A DNA stretch of 64,000 nt from NCBI GenBank assembly GCA_019873625.1, contig JAIOAW010000006.1, forward strand, positions 13,252 to 77,251, read 5' to 3'. Source of the DNA: Chloroflexota bacterium. GTDB lineage: Bacteria > Chloroflexota > Anaerolineae > UBA1429. The translations under genes and the position numbers were made by a program. The notes beneath the pieces are model-generated. The model was given only the letters and a program-made list of their open reading frames with translations, had not been told where the DNA came from and made no database searches. This document shows positions 51,920 to 61,631 of this stretch, one piece after another. How positions within the stretch are numbered: position 1 is the stretch's first letter; each line of letters begins with the position of its first letter.

Positions 51920-52780
51920 ATGCGCCGGGGGTTGGGGCAGAGGGGCCTTCGAAGGGTCGCCGCGCTCTTGGCCGATATCGGCGATGGGGCGCGCCTTTAT
52001 GGGCGCTATATCGCCCTCTCCATCCGCGCGCAGATGCAGTATCGCGCCTCGTTCATTATGCTCGCCGTGGGGCATTTTCTCTCCACGGGCATCGAGTTCT
52101 TGGGGATTTGGGCGCTCTTTGCCCGGTTTGGGGACCTCAAAGGGTGGTCTCTCCCGGAGGTGAGCCTGTTCTACGGCCTCGTGAACGTCTCGTTTGCCCT
52201 GGCCGAGGCCGCTGCCCGTGGGTTCGATACGTTTGACGGCCTCATCCGCAGCGGCGATTTCGACCGCCTGCTCCTGCGCCCACGGAGCATCGCCCTGCAA
52301 ATGGCCGGGCGCGAACTCCAGTTGATGCGCATCGGGCGCTTCTTCCAGGGGCTGGTGGTGCTCGCCTGGGGCGCGGCGGCCCTGGGCCTCCCTTGGACGG
52401 TTGACCGCATCGCCATCGCCCTAGGCGCCATCGTAGGGGGCGCCTTTGTCTTCGCGGGCCTCTTTGTGCTCCAGGCTACCCTCTGTTTTTGGACGGTGGA
52501 ATCCATCGAGATCATCAATACGACGACCTACGGCGGCGTGGAGACGGCGCAATTCCCCTTGACCATCTACCGCGATTGGTTCCGGCGCTTTTTCACCTAC
52601 CTCGTGCCCTTGGCGAGCGTAACCTACTTTCCCATCCTCGCCATTTTGGGCCGCGATGATCCTTTGGGCACCCCGCACCTCTTTCAGGCCCTTGCGCCCC
52701 TCGCAGGGCCGCTCTTTTTCGCGGCCACGCTCCAGGCTTGGCGTTTCGGCGTGCGCCACTATCACTCCACGGGGAGTTGA
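51920..52780 (+). CDS. ABC-2 family permease (DUF990-like)
   Basis: QYRASF, GDFDRLLLRP, FPLTIY, C-terminal YHSTGS; start approximate. Confidence 0.88.
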   Translation: MRRGLGQRGLRRVAALLADIGDGARLYGRYIALSIRAQMQYRASFIMLAVGHFLSTGIEFLGIWALFARFGDLKGWSLPEVSLFYGLVNVSFALAEAAARGFDTFDGLIRSGDFDRLLLRPRSIALQMAGRELQLMRIGRFFQGLVVLAWGAAALGLPWTVDRIAIALGAIVGGAFVFAGLFVLQATLCFWTVESIEIINTTTYGGVETAQFPLTIYRDWFRRFFTYLVPLASVTYFPILAILGRDDPLGTPHLFQALAPLAGPLFFAATLQAWRFGVRHYHSTGS

Positions 52781-52782
52781 AA

Positions 52783-52808
52783 GGGCGCTGGCCCTAAGGC
52801 CAGCGCCC
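52783..52808. terminator. Hairpin between convergent genes
   Basis: GGGCGCTGGCC-CTAA-GGCCAGCGCCC perfect 11-bp stem, no clear T tract. Confidence 0.5.
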
Positions 52809-52832
52809 GATCGGTGCCCCTATGAGGCGGGG

Positions 52833-53762
52833 TCAGCGCAAGGCGCCCCCTTCGGTGAACCACTCGCGCGCAGCATAGTCGAGCGCGCGGCAGACCTCCG
52901 GCGTGAGGGGCGAAGGCCCCTCGCGCCCATAGGCCGCCATGGGCACGCCCCGCTTGGCAAGGAGGTACTTGCTCCCTTGGGGGTGCACCTGCCGTTGGGC
53001 GAGGTGGATGGCGCACAGCCGCGCCTGGAGCGCCTCGGCGCGCGCAGCGTCCTCCGGTGCCTTGCTCTGGCCCAGGCGGATGACCTCCGCCACCAACTCG
53101 GGCACGATGATGGAGGCCACGCTCATCGTGCCCGGTGCGCCCAGGCGCGTCGCCTCCAGGAGGTAGGAGACGTTGGCCTGCAGGAGCGCGAGGGGTGTGC
53201 CGCGCACCGCCTCCAACAGGGCGGCGATTTTGTGGATGTCGCAACTCGTCTCTTTATAAGCCACAAAGCGCCCCGTGCGGGCCAGTTTGCGCACCAAATC
53301 CACGCCGAGGTGGTACGGCCGAGGCACAGGGCACTCGTACAGGCCCAAGGGCACATCGGGCAGGGCCTCGGCTAGGGTGAGATAGTAGCGTTCGAGAGCG
53401 GCGTCATCCTCCAGGAAGGGCGGCACCACGAGCATCACCACGTCGGCGCCGGCCTCGGCGATGCGCCGGCAGAGGCGGAGATGCGCCGCTTGGTCTTCCC
53501 CCAGGTTCCCGGTGGCCACGATGGGAACGCGCCCCTTTGCCACGTCGGCGGCCTCTCGCACCAAGGTGACGCGCTCGTCGTCATCGAGGGCGTACATCTC
53601 GCTGGAAAGGCAGTTGGCGTACAGGCCCCCCACGCCGTGTTCGAGATACCAGGCAATCATCTCGCGGTATGCGCCCAAGTCGAGCGCGAGGCGCTCGGTA
53701 AAGGGTGTCACCATCACGGGCCAGGAGCCGGCCAAAGTGCGCAAGGGCATATCGCTCGTCAT
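52833..53762 (-). CDS. DHDPS/NAL-family class I aldolase
   Basis: PVMVTPF, NCLSSE, GLYECP, Schiff-base YKET. Confidence 0.85.
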   Translation of the reverse strand: MTSDMPLRTLAGSWPVMVTPFTERLALDLGAYREMIAWYLEHGVGGLYANCLSSEMYALDDDERVTLVREAADVAKGRVPIVATGNLGEDQAAHLRLCRRIAEAGADVVMLVVPPFLEDDAALERYYLTLAEALPDVPLGLYECPVPRPYHLGVDLVRKLARTGRFVAYKETSCDIHKIAALLEAVRGTPLALLQANVSYLLEATRLGAPGTMSVASIIVPELVAEVIRLGQSKAPEDAARAEALQARLCAIHLAQRQVHPQGSKYLLAKRGVPMAAYGREGPSPLTPEVCRALDYAAREWFTEGGALR

Positions 53763-53772
53763 CCTCCTTTCT

Positions 53773-56646
53773 TTATTTACCCGGCGTACGCTCCGGCGTG
53801 GGCGTGCGCGTCGCGGTGGGCGTACGGGTGGGTGTCGGTGTGCGCGTCAAAGTCGGCGTACGCGTGAGCGTAGGGGTGTACGTCCGCGTCGGCGTGCGCG
53901 TCAAAGTCGGCGTGCGCGTGAGCGTGGGCGTGCGCGAGGGCGTGGCCGTGAGCGGCGGCCCGGCCTGCACGCTCAACGTGTAGGGCTGCATCGAGGTTTG
54001 AGAACGGCTGGAGGGGCTTACGCGGATGTAAAACACCTTGCCGCCTTGGGCCGGCACGTTCAGCGTCACACTCTGGCCGGCAGAGGCAGAGTAATCAGAG
54101 GCCACGGTGTAGCCACCTTGGTCGTAAACGACCAAGTTCGGTTCGACATTGGGCGCCACATCGGTTAGAGAAATCGTCAGAAGGGTCGGGGCGAGAGGTG
54201 TAGGCACAAGGATTTTGTAGTAATCCGCCTCGCCCGTCACGCGTTCCCAGAAGTAGCCATGCATCGGCCCGGCTTGCCAATCCCACGGGGTGGCCTCGGC
54301 CCGCGAATCGTTCGGCTCATTGGGGTCGGGCACGGTTTGGATGGTCAGCCGATAGGGCTGGAGCGACGTCTGAGAACGGCTGGAGGGGCTTACGCCGATG
54401 TAGAACATCTGGCCCGCGTTCGCGTCTATGGTGAGCGAGACGCTCTGCCCAGACCCCGCGGAATAGTCCGCGACCACCACATAGCCCCCCACATCCAAGA
54501 TGATCACATTCGGCTCGACGTTCGAGGGCACCTCATCCAATGTGGCCGTGAAGAGCACGCTCCCCAGGCTCGTGGGGATGGTTACGGTATAGTAATCCAC
54601 ATCGCCCGTCACGCGTTCCCAGAAGTAGCCGTAGGCCGGGCCGGCCTGCCAATCCCAATAGTTCGCCTGGGCCTTGGTGTCGTTCGGCTCGCCGGGGTCC
54701 GGCACCCACGAGAGGGAGAGATGATAGTACGCCGAGGATGTTTGCGACGCTCTGCTCGCGCATACGCGCGCCGTAAAGACCTCACCGGCGTTCGCGTCAA
54801 TCGTCAACGAGACGGGTTCGCCTGCCCTGGCCGTGTAATATGAGGCGATGATGTAGCCGTTGGCGTTAAAGAGGATGAGATCCGCCTCGATATTCGCCGG
54901 CACGTTCGTCAAGGCCACCGTGTAGATGCCCGACTCGGGCGCCTGCCACCGGAAAAAGTCCTTATCTCCTTGGGTGGCGATTTGCCCGCGCATCTCCGTC
55001 GTAGCCGGCCACAAATCCGCCGTAGAGAGCGAATCGTTCGGCTCAGATTCGGTCTCGCCCGTCCACGGGATGGGCGTGGGAGTCGGAGTCCACGTGGGGC
55101 GAGGGGTGGGCGTGATAGCCGGCGTGGGCGTGGTGCGGAGGAACTCCACACCCAGGGTATAATTCCCGCTCCCCGTGTAGCGCTTCACCCAAATGTAATA
55201 GGTGCCCGCCTGAGGCGAGGAGAGGTAAATTTCCTCGTCCAGGTTGCTGCCCCGCTCCGAGTAGGCCAATTCGCCGCACTGCTGAGGGGGGCAATCTTTT
55301 TGGACCAAGAGGTCGAAATCCGCGCCGGGGGAGATATTCGTCAACGTGAGGCGCAGGGCCACTAACCCCGCAGGCACCTGTAGGCGGAAGGTCTCGCCCC
55401 CTATGCCCTCTTGAAGGGCGCTCGAGGTCGTGCCAGGGCCGATATCTCGATATCCCGCTGGCGTGGCCGTGGGCTGCTGGCCGGGCGGGGGCGGTGGCGG
55501 CGGAGGGTTGAAGAGGTCGAGCGAGCAGGTGGCCGAGTTATCCGCCGTATCCTTATCGTGTGCGATGGGCGCCTCGGCGGTGAGGGTGTACGTGCCCTCT
55601 AGGAAGCACTGGCTTGGCCCCTCTGTTACAAAGACATAGGTGTCTCGATCCACCCTGTTCCAGTAAATCGGTAGGTTCGATTCGCTGTTGCGGATGGTAT
55701 AGTCGCCGCTATAAGCGTCCCAATGGGTTACCGTATCGCTCCAGTCGCTCCAATCGGCAAACCACCCGCTCTTGGTGCGCTCGCGCACCCACATCCAGCC
55801 GGAGACCGTCCCCTGAGAGAAGGTGACGCTATCCCCATCGCTGTTGAGGAGCACCCAGCCCTGGCTGGCCTGGCCATCCATCCCACTGCTCGAGGAGATG
55901 AGGGAAGTCATATCGTAGAGGCCATTCCCCCAAGAGATGTCAACCGTCTGGTCTGAGGGCTGGTCAAAGAGGGCGAGCAACTCGCACGCGTGGCCCAGGT
56001 TCTCTTGCAGGCATTGATTGTACCCGTAGGAGATGACCCAGTTCGGGTAACTGAGAGTGGGCACATCTTCTTTGTGCACCAAGAGGCGCTGGCCATCCTC
56101 CCTTTGGAGCCACACGTAGGTTTTGAACTCGCGGCTGTAGGCATCCGGTTCGTAATCGGGGAGCAATCCGGTGCGCGAGTTATCTACTCTCACGCTCAGG
56201 TTCCCCTGCGAGCAGTCGGTGATCGTCGTCCGCACGTTAGGGGCGTAGCGGCAGGGGTTGCTCTCGCACTGGTTGACGCACACACTATACTGCCCCAGCA
56301 CCATACTGCGGCAGTCGAGGGTGTACCCCCCCGGCGCCCCCACGATTTCGGAGGCGATGGAGAGAAGGAAGGTAAAGTTCTGCCACCAATCCGGGTCGTT
56401 GCAGCCGGTCAATTCGACGGCCGTATTGTACCAACGGATATATGTGTCGAGGTTCTGCATCCCCAGGACGTACTGATAGTCGAGGCAGTTGGCGGCGCAG
56501 GCGTTCACGCGGCAGGCTGCCTGCGGTCCCTGGGCGCGGGCCTTGTGCAGCCCGGCCCCCCAGATGGCCCCGCCCGATACGATCGTTAGGCCCAAAAGGA
56601 GGCCCACAATGCACCGCATTACCCCACGTTGGCGGGACAGGCCCAT
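53773..56646 (-). CDS. Large secreted protein: Cys-rich N-terminus, PPC-like repeats, T/P-rich tail
   Basis: Signal peptide, DFDLLV..GTYYIWV PPC-like domain, three EPND..D(Y/F)(Y/F) repeats, (TPTxTR)n C-terminus. Confidence 0.8.
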   Translation of the reverse strand: MGLSRQRGVMRCIVGLLLGLTIVSGGAIWGAGLHKARAQGPQAACRVNACAANCLDYQYVLGMQNLDTYIRWYNTAVELTGCNDPDWWQNFTFLLSIASEIVGAPGGYTLDCRSMVLGQYSVCVNQCESNPCRYAPNVRTTITDCSQGNLSVRVDNSRTGLLPDYEPDAYSREFKTYVWLQREDGQRLLVHKEDVPTLSYPNWVISYGYNQCLQENLGHACELLALFDQPSDQTVDISWGNGLYDMTSLISSSSGMDGQASQGWVLLNSDGDSVTFSQGTVSGWMWVRERTKSGWFADWSDWSDTVTHWDAYSGDYTIRNSESNLPIYWNRVDRDTYVFVTEGPSQCFLEGTYTLTAEAPIAHDKDTADNSATCSLDLFNPPPPPPPPGQQPTATPAGYRDIGPGTTSSALQEGIGGETFRLQVPAGLVALRLTLTNISPGADFDLLVQKDCPPQQCGELAYSERGSNLDEEIYLSSPQAGTYYIWVKRYTGSGNYTLGVEFLRTTPTPAITPTPRPTWTPTPTPIPWTGETESEPNDSLSTADLWPATTEMRGQIATQGDKDFFRWQAPESGIYTVALTNVPANIEADLILFNANGYIIASYYTARAGEPVSLTIDANAGEVFTARVCASRASQTSSAYYHLSLSWVPDPGEPNDTKAQANYWDWQAGPAYGYFWERVTGDVDYYTVTIPTSLGSVLFTATLDEVPSNVEPNVIILDVGGYVVVADYSAGSGQSVSLTIDANAGQMFYIGVSPSSRSQTSLQPYRLTIQTVPDPNEPNDSRAEATPWDWQAGPMHGYFWERVTGEADYYKILVPTPLAPTLLTISLTDVAPNVEPNLVVYDQGGYTVASDYSASAGQSVTLNVPAQGGKVFYIRVSPSSRSQTSMQPYTLSVQAGPPLTATPSRTPTLTRTPTLTRTPTRTYTPTLTRTPTLTRTPTPTRTPTATRTPTPERTPGK
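53780..53950 (-). repeat. Coding 18-bp tandem repeat (TPTxTR)
   Basis: Hexapeptide repeats TPTLTR/TPTRTY/TPTPTR at the C-terminus of the secreted protein. Confidence 0.85.
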
Positions 56647-56820
56647 AATGCCATCCCCTCCTTTTGCTCAGCGGGCGAACACCCAAAGGTACCGGAAAGG
56701 CCAATCTGTATACAAAAAGTATAATCCCGCCGGGCCAGTGTGTCTACCCCAAGAGGCGGGTTGACGCATCGCCCGGCGCCAATACAATCCGCGTCAAAAG
56801 GGCGCGTTTGGGAGGGGGAG

Positions 56821-57621
56821 ATGACCGGATGGCTTGAACAGTTCCCACCCGTTTTGCAGGCCCTGCTGGCCACGCTTTTTACCTGGTTCGTTACGGCGCT
56901 GGGGGCTATGCCCGTCTTTTTCACCTCGCGCGTCAACCGGCGCCTGCTGGATGGTATGCTCGGTGCGGCCTCGGGGGTGATGATTGCGGCGAGTTTTTGG
57001 TCGCTCTTGGCGCCGGCCATCGAGATGTCTCACGGGTCTTGGGTGCCGGCGGGGGTAGGGTTTTTGTTGGGGGGCGCGGTGCTGCGCCTCATCGATTTTC
57101 TCTTGCCGCACCTGCACCCCTCGTTGGCCGGAGGTGCACCAGAAGGTTTGAGCACCTCTTGGCGGCGGAGCGTGCTCCTCGTGCTCGCCGTAACCCTGCA
57201 TAACATCCCGGAGGGGTTGGCGGTGGGCGTGGCCTTTGGCGCGGCTGCGGCGGGCATCGAAGGGGCGACGTTGGGGGGCGCCCTGGCCCTTGCCTTCGGC
57301 ATTGGCCTGCAAAACTTTCCGGAGGGCACGGCGGTGGCTATGCCCTTGCGGCGCGAGGGCCTTTCGCAGTTCAAGGCCTTTTGGTTCGGCCAACTTTCGG
57401 GTTTTGTAGAACCTATGGGGGGTGTGTTGGGGGCCTGGGCCGTCCTTGCGGTGCGTGGCCTTTTGCCCTATGCCCTGGCCTTTGCCGCGGGCGCGATGAT
57501 CTTCGTGGTCATCGAGGAGTTGGTGCCGGAAGCGCAATCGGCGGGGAACGGGCACCTCGCCACGGCGGGGGCGATGCTAGGGTTCGCCGTGATGATGATC
57601 CTCGACGTGGCCTTGGGCTAA
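56821..57621 (+). CDS. ZIP family metal transporter (GufA/ZupT-like)
   Basis: [40 protein letters not shown]-16-TACAAT promoter at 56761-56788. Confidence 0.93.
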   Translation: MTGWLEQFPPVLQALLATLFTWFVTALGAMPVFFTSRVNRRLLDGMLGAASGVMIAASFWSLLAPAIEMSHGSWVPAGVGFLLGGAVLRLIDFLLPHLHPSLAGGAPEGLSTSWRRSVLLVLAVTLHNIPEGLAVGVAFGAAAAGIEGATLGGALALAFGIGLQNFPEGTAVAMPLRREGLSQFKAFWFGQLSGFVEPMGGVLGAWAVLAVRGLLPYALAFAAGAMIFVVIEELVPEAQSAGNGHLATAGAMLGFAVMMILDVALG

Positions 57622-58931
57622 GGGGTGGGGGCGCTCTCGCGCGGCGGGCGGCGCGTACTCACCAGCGTGAGCGAGAGGAGGAATGACAAGATGGCGATGC
57701 CCAGCGCCCCCGCGAACACGGCGATATAAGAGACCGACCGCGCCACCCACCCCGCCAAAGCAGGGGCGACCATCACGACGGCGGTCAGGGTATTCATCAG
57801 GCCGATGTATAGTGGGCGGCGCGCCTCGCCGGCGTATTCCATAATCCAATTGAAAAAAGGCCAACTGAGGCCGCTCATATAGATGCCCAAAAAGAAATAG
57901 ATGGCTGGGAAGATATACTGCAACGCCCCCGGCACGGCCGGCGCAAGGAGGGTGGCCAAGAGGGCCAAGGCCGGCGGCAGGCCGGCCAAGGCGATGATCA
58001 AACGGATGTGCACGAGCGGCCCCCACTTGGCTTGCACCAGCCCCAACAAGAATCCCGCCGTCATCGAGCCGATGACCTGGGCGGAGATAAAGAGGCCCGC
58101 GTCGCGCACGCTGAACCCCAGGTTGCGCGTGGCGTGGAGCACGTAAAAGGCGCCAGCGCCCCCCACATACCCCACGATGACCTTGACGAGCACCAAGCGG
58201 CGGAAAGGGCGATCCTCTTTGAGGATGCGCGGCAAAGAGGCGAATACCTGCCGGAGGGGTGGGGCATCCTGCGTGGCCTGCGAAGGTGGCTCATAGACGA
58301 AAAAGAGCGCGGCCCCGCCCAAGAGAAAGGTAATGCCCCCGATGAGAAAGAGGATGGCAAAGTTGGCCGGGTAGGTCCAAGGGCTGGTTTCGCCCAGGGC
58401 ATAGCGCACAAAGAGGCCCACGGCCACACCCCCAAGGCTCCCCAACACCTGGCCGATGCCGACCACGGTGCCGCGCCGCCGGTGCGGCAGGGCGCGCGCG
58501 ATGACATCGAACCAAGGGATGCTGGCCATCGCATCCCCCATAAAAAAGAATACGATGCTAAAAAGGGTAAAAGCCAAAGTCGCCGTAGGGGCCACCGTGG
58601 TGTAACGCCATACCACCCAAGCCAAGACGAGGATGATGGGGCGCGTCAGCCAGACGGCGCGTAGGATGGCCGGCTTTTTGCGCGGCAGGCGCGCCACGAG
58701 GCTCGCTACGATGAGTTGGGGGAGCAGCCAGGCCGCGCTGATAAGGCCGCTCGCCAGGCCGACGATGACCTCCGAGCGCGTCAAAGACCCGATGAAGGCG
58801 GGCATCACCGTGGTCGAGCTGATAAAGGTTACCGCGATATAAAAAAGGCATACATCCGCGCAAAAGGCGCAGGCGTTGCGCAAGAAGTATTGGGGGCGCG
58901 CCTCTCGCTCCAAAAGGGCAGTCTGGCTCAC
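57618..58931 (-). CDS. MFS transporter
   Basis: About 12 hydrophobic helices, LPQL, RRRG, DRPFRR, RPLYIG; GTG start behind GGAG. Confidence 0.85.
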   Translation of the reverse strand: MSQTALLEREARPQYFLRNACAFCADVCLFYIAVTFISSTTVMPAFIGSLTRSEVIVGLASGLISAAWLLPQLIVASLVARLPRKKPAILRAVWLTRPIILVLAWVVWRYTTVAPTATLAFTLFSIVFFFMGDAMASIPWFDVIARALPHRRRGTVVGIGQVLGSLGGVAVGLFVRYALGETSPWTYPANFAILFLIGGITFLLGGAALFFVYEPPSQATQDAPPLRQVFASLPRILKEDRPFRRLVLVKVIVGYVGGAGAFYVLHATRNLGFSVRDAGLFISAQVIGSMTAGFLLGLVQAKWGPLVHIRLIIALAGLPPALALLATLLAPAVPGALQYIFPAIYFFLGIYMSGLSWPFFNWIMEYAGEARRPLYIGLMNTLTAVVMVAPALAGWVARSVSYIAVFAGALGIAILSFLLSLTLVSTRRPPRESAPTP

Positions 58932-59097
58932 GGGATCGTTCCTCTCCTCAGGGTGCAAACACCCCCATACTCTAGGGAGAAGCGCCAGAGCGTCAAATAA
59001 GGGGGCCAGGGGCAAGGCCTCCTGCCTGTGGAGCCTTGCCAGGGGCCGGCCCCTTTCACCCCCGAGCGCTTCGGGGCGGGGGCTGGCCCCGCTTGGC

Positions 59098-60354
59098 TCA
59101 GCCCAAATAGACCCCCTGCCTTTGCAGGGCTTGCCGCAGGAGGCCGCTGGGCACGGCGCGGGGAGCGCAGCCCAGTTCAACGGCTAACGCGGCGGCCACC
59201 CCGGCCGCTTGGCCTGTGCAGAAACAGGGCACGATGAGGCGCAGGGTATTGCAGGCCCGGTAGTCGCTGGAGACGGAGCGCCCGGCCACGAGGAGGCCAT
59301 CTACCCCTTTGGGCACCATACAGCGATAGGGGATGTCATAGTTCAGGCCGCGGAGGCGATAGGTCGGCCCCCAATCGGGAAAGTAAACGCCTAGCCGGGC
59401 GATGCCATCTTCAAAGTGGCGGCTGGCGCGCAGGTCCTCATCGGTGAGGCGATATTCGCCGTGGATGCGCCGCCCTTGGCGCACGCCCAATTGCGGGTAC
59501 GTCTCCACAATGCGCGCGGCCTCCCAGCCGGGCAGATGCTCGCGCAGATAGAGGAGCGCCGCAAAGGCCTCTCGGCGGAAGATGATCTCGGCGCGGGTCA
59601 ACGCCTCGGCGTTTGCGATATCCAAGCCCGGCAGGCGGCGCGACGCGCCGGGCAAAACGCCGCCGTTCAGGCGCTTGGCCTCGGCGATGAGGGCGTCATA
59701 GGCGGCGGGCTGCTCGCGGCGAAAGGCCTCGACCCGCGCAGTATCTACGCCGCTGACCGTCATCCCCAGGGTCACCTCGTGCGGCTCGTTATCATAAGGC
59801 ACCCCGGCCCGCGCGGCCAGGTCGGCATCGGCGGAGGCATCCACCGTAACCGCCGCCAGAATCGCCTCGCGGCCGCTCTTGCTCTCCACGGTGACACCGA
59901 TGACCCGCCCCTCGCGAAGGATGGGGTCGCAGGCCAAGGTATGGAGCCGCAGGCGGACCCCCGCCTCGAGGAGCATTTCGGCGGCCTGCCATTTGAACAG
60001 TTCGGCATCCACGCGGTAGTCGCCCGAGCGGCGAAACTCGGCGGTCTCTTCATCTTCGGTATCTACGACGCCGTGGACGCCCCCCAGTTTGGCGAGCCGC
60101 TGGCGGATTTCCTCCGTAATCCCCTTGGCGATGGGGCGGTTCCCGTCGCCCACGCCGAGGATGGCCACGACGCGGGCGCCCGTGATCATCCCGCCGAGGT
60201 AGCCGTAGCGCTCCACAAGCAGGGTGCGGGCGCCCTCGCGCGCTGCCGCAAGCGCCGCTGCGATGCCCGCAGGGCCGCCGCCGGCGACGAGGACGTCCAC
60301 CTGGGCGATGACCGGCGTGCGCCGAGGGGGTTCTTCAATCCATGATGTCGTCAT
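59098..60354 (-). CDS. FAD-dependent oxidoreductase (FAD_oxidored family)
   Basis: VAGGGPAG, VERYGYLGG, DASADAD, IPYRCMVP, LVAGR, GQAAG. Confidence 0.9.
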   Translation of the reverse strand: MTTSWIEEPPRRTPVIAQVDVLVAGGGPAGIAAALAAAREGARTLLVERYGYLGGMITGARVVAILGVGDGNRPIAKGITEEIRQRLAKLGGVHGVVDTEDEETAEFRRSGDYRVDAELFKWQAAEMLLEAGVRLRLHTLACDPILREGRVIGVTVESKSGREAILAAVTVDASADADLAARAGVPYDNEPHEVTLGMTVSGVDTARVEAFRREQPAAYDALIAEAKRLNGGVLPGASRRLPGLDIANAEALTRAEIIFRREAFAALLYLREHLPGWEAARIVETYPQLGVRQGRRIHGEYRLTDEDLRASRHFEDGIARLGVYFPDWGPTYRLRGLNYDIPYRCMVPKGVDGLLVAGRSVSSDYRACNTLRLIVPCFCTGQAAGVAAALAVELGCAPRAVPSGLLRQALQRQGVYLG

Positions 60355-60519
60355 CGTGATTCTCCTAGAAAGGGTTGAACGCAAACGCCCCCATCATAGC
60401 GCACGAAGGGGCTGGCTGGCAACCCGTTGGGGGAGCGGGGTTCCCTGCGCGTTCAAAAAAAGGCGCCCAACGCCCTCGCGCACTGGACACATCCCCCCAA
60501 GCGCGCTATATTGAAAGGG

Positions 60520-61596
60520 ATGAAAGCCCAGTTGATCTACAACCCAGTGGCGGGCCTGCGCGATGCCGAACAGGACCTCCAGCAAGCCATCGCCTTCTTA
60601 GAAGGGCAGGGCTGGGAGGTGCGTATGCGGCGCACCTTGGGCCGGGGAGACGCCATCACCTATGCCCGAGAGGCCGCGGCCAGCGGCTGCGATATCGTCA
60701 TCGCCGCGGGCGGCGATGGGACCTTGGGCGAGGTAGCCACGGGGTTGGTGGGCACCGAATGTCTGCTCGGCGTGCTGCCCGTGGGCACGGGGAACGTATG
60801 GGCGCATATGGTGCGGCTGCCCGTTTGGTCGCCCACCTACCGCACGGCCCTTCTCGATGCGGCGCGCATCTTGGTGAGCGGCCAACAGCGCCTGGTGGAT
60901 GTGGGCAAGGCCGGCGAACGGTACTTTGTGCTATGGTGCGGCATCGGGTTCGACGCCGCCGTGGCGCGCACCGTCGAGCCGCACCGCGAGATTCGCCGCA
61001 GTTTGGGGAACATTACCTATGTGGTGGTGGCCCTGGCCCAAAGTCTGAGTATGCGCGGCATCCGCGCTACGGTGGCAGTGGATGGCAAGGCCGTGCGCGA
61101 GCGTGTCTTGATGATCGTGGTTAGCAACGCGCGGCTGTACGGCCCTTCTTGGCCGCTGGCGCCGCTGGCCCAATTGGATGACGGCCTGCTCGAGGTGTAC
61201 ATCTTTCGAGGCGGGAGCACGCTTGACCTGTTCCGCCATTTTGTCACGCTCCTCTTGGGCAGGCACCATCAGAACCCGCGCGTCGAGTGGCATCGGGCGC
61301 GCACCATCGAGGTGCGCGGCGAGAGGCCCCTCCCCGTGCATCTGGATGGCGACCCCGCCGGCTATACGCCGGTGGCCATCAGCGTGGTGCCCAGGGCGCT
61401 CCGCGTGATCCTCCCCGAGGAGACGGCCCCGTCTCTCTTTCAAGGGGAACTCGCGGTGGAGGAGGAGGCCCCTTCCTTGGGCGCGCGGCTGGCGCAGTAC
61501 CTCGCCCACCAGCGCGAATATTGGCGCGGCGAGGGCGAGCGGCTGCGCGCGGATTTGAAACGCCTGGGCTTCCCCCATGGGGAAGACGAAGCGTAG
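60520..61596 (+). CDS. Diacylglycerol kinase family lipid kinase (YegS/DgkB-like)
   Basis: NPVAG, GGDGT, PVGTGN, GIGFDA, DDGLL, DGD. Confidence 0.92.
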   Translation: MKAQLIYNPVAGLRDAEQDLQQAIAFLEGQGWEVRMRRTLGRGDAITYAREAAASGCDIVIAAGGDGTLGEVATGLVGTECLLGVLPVGTGNVWAHMVRLPVWSPTYRTALLDAARILVSGQQRLVDVGKAGERYFVLWCGIGFDAAVARTVEPHREIRRSLGNITYVVVALAQSLSMRGIRATVAVDGKAVRERVLMIVVSNARLYGPSWPLAPLAQLDDGLLEVYIFRGGSTLDLFRHFVTLLLGRHHQNPRVEWHRARTIEVRGERPLPVHLDGDPAGYTPVAISVVPRALRVILPEETAPSLFQGELAVEEEAPSLGARLAQYLAHQREYWRGEGERLRADLKRLGFPHGEDEA

Positions 61597-61631
61597 GCGG
61601 AGATTGCATACGGCGATAGGAGTTCGGCGGC

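Noticed and set aside
53780..53950. CRISPR-like array
   Set aside because: An 18-bp in-frame coding repeat without unique spacers; no cas genes in the window.
59010..59092. Riboswitch upstream of the MFS gene
   Set aside because: Two GC-rich hairpins are present, but I recognise no aptamer motif or T tract; more likely a stability or terminator structure after the oxidoreductase.
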